A DNA stretch of 64,000 nt from an uncultured bacterium (GTDB lineage: Bacteria; Acidobacteriota; HRBIN11; JAKEFK01): NCBI GenBank assembly GCA_963777505.1, contig CAVZQN010000007.1, positions 1-64,000 on the forward strand, written 5' to 3'. Of this stretch, positions 59,257 to 64,000 are shown in pieces. Each line of letters opens with the position of its first letter. Position 1 is the first letter of the stretch. The notes beneath the pieces were generated by a model that was given only the letters and a program-made list of their open reading frames with translations, did no database searches and was not told the DNA's origin. A program made the translations under genes and the position numbers.

Positions 59257-62183
59257 GCGGCGAATTCCAGGCTCATTTTCGTGCCTGCCTGTTTTAACTT
59301 CGCCGCCTGATCGCTACCAATCCTGATTTCAGCTGGATCTAAGTATCGTCTTTTCAGCTCACTCCAAAATGCGATGGTCAAATTTAGTCCTTCAAAATCT
59401 TTTGCAGCAGTGACAGCCGCAGCAAGACATAAGGCTTTCGAATCCCTTCCCATTCCAGCCAGTGACATCGCAACACCTTCAATCTCAAAAGCGATTTCGA
59501 CACGGTCTCCGTATTTCATTGCAGCTCGTAAACTTTCTACATAATTCATTGCAGCTTTGTTCACATCACCACGGATCAATGCACAGTCCGCCAAGTAGTG
59601 AAGCGCACTATGAATGTCGCGAGGCTCATCATATTTACGCGCAATTTCCAGAGCCTTTACGGATAATGGTTCAGCTTTATCCACTTCCCATTCACTCACA
59701 AGAACCTGACAAATATTTAAAGTCGCCCGATTCATTAACTTTTCGTTTCCGAGTTTACGAAATTGTTCAAGGCTTTCTTCAAAAGCTTTGTATGCGCCAG
59801 CATTATCTCCAACAAACCATAGACTCCATCCATAAGGTTCTAGTGCTAGAGCAACCTCCATCGTATTTCCAAGCTTTCGCCAAATTTCAATACTCTTCTC
59901 AGCTAATTGACGGCCTTCGCTGTGATCAGCCTGCATAGAGGCAAACATTGAAGCTCCCCAAAGTGCGCGGGCCATTTCAGCAGACTCATCAAAGTTTTGT
60001 TTTAGTACACTTTGAAGTTTTTGCCTCCCTTCGGAAATGTGACCATGCAAAAACCAGAACCACACAACGGCACCGATCAGTCTAAGTTCGCCTTCAGGAC
60101 TATTTTTCGATGCCCACAAAATTGCAGAGCGCAAATTATCATGGTCGCGCTCCAGTCTTTCAAGCCAGAAAGTCGAAGATGCGTTACGCTCGTCGTAGGC
60201 ACGATCCGCCATGTTCGCATAATGATCAAAGTGGCGCCTTTGCAATTCCGTGGCATCACTACTTTCTGCGAGTTTTTCCACAGCATACTGCCGAAGCGGC
60301 TCAAGCATTCGATACCGCATCGAATCTTTTTCGCTGCGTTCAGAAACAACAAGCGACTTATCAACGAGTCTTCCCAGTGAATCAAGAATGTCATCCTGAT
60401 TCAATTCACCATATCCGCAGACGTTTTCCACGGCTTCAAGATCAAAACCGGAAAAGCAGGAGAGTCTACGGAATAAAATTCGCTCCGATTCCGGCAGCAG
60501 ATCATAACTCCAATCAACCGCGGCCCGTAAAGTTTGATGACGTTGTAAAGAAGCGCGTGAACTGGATGTTAGCAGTCTAAAACAGTCATCCAACCGTTTA
60601 TGAATTTCAACAACCGACATTGCTTTAATTCGCGCAGCGGCTAGTTCGATTGCTAGTGGAATTCCATCAAGTCTGCGGCAAATCTTAACAACAAAATCTA
60701 GATTGGTTTCGGTTAAAGTGAATCGAGGATCGATTGACTTTGCTCGATCTATGAATAATTGAATTGCATCAAACTGTTTCACGGTTTCAATTGTAAAAAC
60801 ATCGCTTTGCGATGGAAGCGACAGAGGTGGAACAAACCAGACTTGTTCTCCCGCCAGATTAAGTGATTCGCGGCTAGCGGCAAGGACCTTGATGTTTGGA
60901 GCTTTTTGAAGAATCACGCTGATGGCCGCAGCGGTTTCATCAAGCACATGTTCACAATTGTCCATGATTAGCAAAGCATTCTTGTGTCGAAGATAATCCA
61001 CGACAACATCCAGCAAGGGACTATCCTTTTCCTCTTTTAAATTCAGAGCGGTTGCGATACTTTGCAGAACAAGATCATCCGAAGAAATAGGTGCAAGATT
61101 AATAAACCAAACACCATCCGAAAAATTGCGAAGGCTTTTTCCTGCGGCTTCAATTGCAAGACGTGTCTTACCCGACCCTCCAGTTCCACAAACTGTCAGT
61201 AAACGAGAAGACGATAATATCTTTCGTATCTCAGTAAGTTCCTGACTTCGGCCAATGAAATGAGTAATAAAATCCGGAAGATTGTTCCGAGGACCATCGT
61301 GGATTTGCGAACGCGCACTTTCTGATGTTCCGGAACCGGCTGAAAGTTCTTTGAGGTGGTCATATATGTCACGCACGGTTTGATAGCGATCATTCGGATG
61401 TTTCATCAAGCAAAGCTTGATCATCTGATCAAGTTGTTCAGGTATATCGGCTTTGAGATTAGTAATAGGCTCAGGCGTATCTCTCAGTATGGATGAAATA
61501 ATCTCAGCAGTTGAATCTCCTTGAAAAGGTTTTCCACCGGTGATCATTTCAAAGAAAATAATTCCCAGAGAAAAAATATCGGAACGAGAATCCAACTTTT
61601 TTCCTTGAAGCTGCTCTGGAGACATGTAATGGAGAGTTCCGATAACCGTGCCTTCTTTTGTTTCTGCTACTGTTTCGAGATTTGAAGCGCCTGAATCGGA
61701 ATCCTGTATTAAGAGTTTTGCCAGGCCAAAGTCTAAAACCTTCACTCTGCCTTCTTTGCTTACCATTATGTTGGCTGGCTTAAGATCACGATGAATGATT
61801 CCTTTTTCATGCGCTGCGCATAAGGCATCTGCAATTGGGGTTGCGATTCGAAGAAATGCCTCCACATCAAAACCATCTTTAGGAATTATGCTTGCGAGAG
61901 TATTCCCTTCCACAAGCTCCATTGTTAAGAAGTGAATTGATCCGGACTCTTCAACCGAAAAAATCGTCACAATATTCGGGTGATTGAGTGCAGCAACCGA
62001 TTGAGCTTCAGTCTTAAATCGAGTAGCTCGTGCTGGGTCTGCGGAAACGTCTTCAGGTAGTACCTTAATCGCTATCTTGCGCTTCAGTCGCGTATCTTCA
62101 GCTGCATACACTTCGCCCATGCCCCCTTTTCCGAGACGGGCAATAACTTTGTAATGATTGATCATGGTCCCGATCATGATCAA
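59196..62183 (-). CDS. Ser/Thr kinase - STAND/NB-ARC-like ATPase - TPR protein (PknK-like)
   Basis: GKGGMG, HRDLKPAN, DFGLAK, YMSPEQ. Walker A GTGGSGKT, Walker B LIMDNCEH, LDGIPLAIELAA, C-terminal TPR helices. Confidence 0.92.
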   Translation of the reverse strand: MIMIGTMINHYKVIARLGKGGMGEVYAAEDTRLKRKIAIKVLPEDVSADPARATRFKTEAQSVAALNHPNIVTIFSVEESGSIHFLTMELVEGNTLASIIPKDGFDVEAFLRIATPIADALCAAHEKGIIHRDLKPANIMVSKEGRVKVLDFGLAKLLIQDSDSGASNLETVAETKEGTVIGTLHYMSPEQLQGKKLDSRSDIFSLGIIFFEMITGGKPFQGDSTAEIISSILRDTPEPITNLKADIPEQLDQMIKLCLMKHPNDRYQTVRDIYDHLKELSAGSGTSESARSQIHDGPRNNLPDFITHFIGRSQELTEIRKILSSSRLLTVCGTGGSGKTRLAIEAAGKSLRNFSDGVWFINLAPISSDDLVLQSIATALNLKEEKDSPLLDVVVDYLRHKNALLIMDNCEHVLDETAAAISVILQKAPNIKVLAASRESLNLAGEQVWFVPPLSLPSQSDVFTIETVKQFDAIQLFIDRAKSIDPRFTLTETNLDFVVKICRRLDGIPLAIELAAARIKAMSVVEIHKRLDDCFRLLTSSSRASLQRHQTLRAAVDWSYDLLPESERILFRRLSCFSGFDLEAVENVCGYGELNQDDILDSLGRLVDKSLVVSERSEKDSMRYRMLEPLRQYAVEKLAESSDATELQRRHFDHYANMADRAYDERNASSTFWLERLERDHDNLRSAILWASKNSPEGELRLIGAVVWFWFLHGHISEGRQKLQSVLKQNFDESAEMARALWGASMFASMQADHSEGRQLAEKSIEIWRKLGNTMEVALALEPYGWSLWFVGDNAGAYKAFEESLEQFRKLGNEKLMNRATLNICQVLVSEWEVDKAEPLSVKALEIARKYDEPRDIHSALHYLADCALIRGDVNKAAMNYVESLRAAMKYGDRVEIAFEIEGVAMSLAGMGRDSKALCLAAAVTAAKDFEGLNLTIAFWSELKRRYLDPAEIRIGSDQAAKLKQAGTKMSLEFAAQYALDMDRGRGDPCGRPFG

Positions 62184-62217
62184 TTATTGTAAACGAAACC
62201 CTGAGAATTGAACTATT

Positions 62218-62292
62218 ACCACGGAGTCACGGAGAACACGGAGTTAGATCAGTAATGTATAAAGAACTCCGTGCCCTCTGTGACTCCGTGGT
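62218..62292. repeat. inverted array of CACGGAG 9-mer-type units
   Basis: ACCACGGAG TCACGGAG AACACGGAG ... CTCCGTG CCCTCTGTG ACTCCGTGGT. Confidence 0.75.
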
Positions 62293-62308
62293 GAAAAATA
62301 ACTTTCGA

Positions 62309-62816
62309 TTACTTCCCAATCCTTTTATAAATGCCATCAAATTCAACGTTCCAGGTTTTCCCTTCATCCGATGATTGTTTCCAGATCTGGCGAATTGTGC
62401 CATCTGATGATGGGGTAAACGACATGCTTCCAAGAACATTTTTACCTTCTGTAGTTTTGTAACGTGCGGTGTATTGCAGGGTTTTACCCTCAAAGGTTCC
62501 TTCAAATTCAAGTAACTGACCACGGATATCAACCCACTTTTGAACCCATTTCTTCCTGTTCCGGTCATACAGATTGAAGCTTTTACCTTCGAATCCATCA
62601 ACACCAGTCCAGTTTTCAAGGATCACACAGCTTTTTAATATTTGTTGCACCGAACTCTTACCTGCCGGTCTTCCATCGCTATAAGAAACTGTCCATTCAC
62701 CGACCCAAAAATCGAGCTGACGATATTCAGCAGCTGTGCAGTCCGGCTCCGCTGCGAATCCAAATGATGTTAAACAAAACAATACGATGCAATGTGCTAC
62801 TAAAACTTTCATCATG
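62309..62816 (-). CDS. secreted beta-barrel hypothetical protein
   Basis: Signal peptide, CTAAEYRQLDFWVGEW, ILENW, GKSFN and S.D.GKTW. Confidence 0.75.
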
Positions 62817-63010
62817 TTAGTCAACCTCACTGTTTTGAGTATGAATGAAGTCACTGCTCAGACGCATGAATTTGGAATATGCGGGGAAAATTAAGCTACA
62901 AAAGGCGCTTCAAAATGTCAGACTTCTTAAACTTCTGATGTTTGCTCTCTAAATTGCATGTTGTTATATTGTCTCGAAGAATACGTAAACATTGCTGATA
63001 AGGAGAGTTC

Positions 63011-64000
63011 ATGAGTGAGGATATTCTTGAAAAATCGGAACTAGCAGAGAGCGACGCAATTGCTTCGTTAGGAAACGAGATTTCTTTGATGGGACCGTAT
63101 GAAGCGTCAGAGCGGCTAGAAAATGAACCGGATGAAATCATTGTAGAAGTACTTCAAACAATGAACCCATCTCTGGGGATGGATATTCTGGATGATTTAC
63201 CTCCCCAGAAAAGGCGGACCGTAATTGCAGCTGCTTCTCCTGAAGTTGGACAACAATGGTCACGAAATCAGCAATATGAAGAAGACACAATTGGGCGACT
63301 TATGGAGCCACCTGTTGCAGTGTTCAGACCAGAAACTACTGTAAAACAAACGATCGATCGCCTTCGCGTTCTAGTTCAAACAGCAACGGTTACCTATGGT
63401 TATGTGACAGACAATGCTGCCAGACTCCTGGGTGTGATCGTAATGCGTGATCTTTTGTTTGCAGAGGACTCAGCTTTGCTGCAGAACATCATGATTAAGG
63501 ATCCATTTTATTTGGATCCAAAAATGGAACTCCATGATGCAATGAGACTTGTCTTGAATCGTCATTATCCTGTTTATCCGGTATGCGAAGAAGGAGGCCG
63601 GCTCGTTGGAATTGTGCGTGGACAGATGATGTTTGAAGAACAAGCATTTGAAATCAGCGCACAACCTGGAAGCATGGTTGGTGTTGAAAAAGAAGAACGA
63701 CTTTCCACACCATGGCCGCGCAGTTTGAAATTTCGTCATCCCTGGCTTCAATTGAATTTACTTACAGCCTTTTTTGCGGGTGGAGTCGTTAGTCTCTTTC
63801 AAACAACAATCGATCAACTCGTTATTCTTGCTGTATTCCTTCCAATTCTTGCTGGACAATCCGGAAACACAGGTTGTCAGGCACTTGCTGTCGCTTTGCG
63901 TGGACTAACGCTGGGTGACTTAAAACCAGGTCAAGAAAAGAAATTAGTTCTAAAGGAAGGGCTGCTTGGTCTTCTAAATGGTGCACTTGTTGGAGTCTCT
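63011..64000 (+). CDS. mgtE: magnesium transporter MgtE, 3'-partial (absent from the ORF track)
   Basis: AAGGAG RBS, open frame to the window end: YEEDTIGRLM, a CBS pair, RHPWLQLNL, FLPILAGQSGNTGCQ and KEGLLGLLNG. Confidence 0.9.
   Translation, partial: MSEDILEKSELAESDAIASLGNEISLMGPYEASERLENEPDEIIVEVLQTMNPSLGMDILDDLPPQKRRTVIAAASPEVGQQWSRNQQYEEDTIGRLMEPPVAVFRPETTVKQTIDRLRVLVQTATVTYGYVTDNAARLLGVIVMRDLLFAEDSALLQNIMIKDPFYLDPKMELHDAMRLVLNRHYPVYPVCEEGGRLVGIVRGQMMFEEQAFEISAQPGSMVGVEKEERLSTPWPRSLKFRHPWLQLNLLTAFFAGGVVSLFQTTIDQLVILAVFLPILAGQSGNTGCQALAVALRGLTLGDLKPGQEKKLVLKEGLLGLLNGALVGVS

Noticed and set aside
59196-62183. Avs/NLR-type anti-phage system
   Set aside because: The architecture matches common PknK-like signalling kinases with a STAND ATPase and TPRs. 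There is no nuclease or other toxic effector and no defence-island context.
19383-62292. CRISPR array or IS/MITE with transposase
   Set aside because: The repeats are dispersed palindromes, not regularly spaced direct repeats with unique spacers. There is no cas or transposase ORF and no clear target-site duplication.
62860-63010. M-box riboswitch upstream of mgtE
   Set aside because: No AGGUGAGGCU or UGCUAAAGCU-type conserved blocks are visible.
399-63751. Roughly 130 short ORFs overlapping or antisense to confident genes
   Set aside because: They have no motifs or RBS and are shadow frames, apart from the pieces used to rebuild frameshifted genes.

Overview
Gene-dense bacterial chromosomal window of moderate GC. 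A diderm envelope is implied by a TonB-dependent receptor and a Wzt ABC ATPase. The gene style and intergenic palindromes suggest an uncultured Acidobacteriota-like organism (inference only). It holds about 50 CDSs: central metabolism (pyk, pckG), repair (xth), a kinase-MurQ fusion, surface-glycan genes, an ECF sigma/anti-sigma/TonB receptor module and a partial mgtE. I found no rRNA, tRNA, CRISPR array or transposase. Six single-base +1 frameshifts in five genes look like assembly errors. Highlights: (1) a DUF3179 selenoprotein hidden as two ORFs, with an in-frame UGA in a UxxC motif followed by an fdhF-like SECIS hairpin; (2) a translationally coupled desaturase-GH3 amido synthetase-HAD operon divergent from a GntR regulator, a candidate undescribed lipid-amide pathway; (3) a strand-specific, multi-branched candidate leader RNA with two alternative folds upstream of a secreted dirigent-like protein; (4) a coupled Zn-peptidase/non-Ddl ATP-grasp ligase pair; (5) a CreD-family protein fused to a prokaryotic RING finger behind a sigma-54-like promoter; (6) a Cys-cluster protein with an RRE/PqqD-like tail. 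All family assignments come from motif recognition, not database searches.
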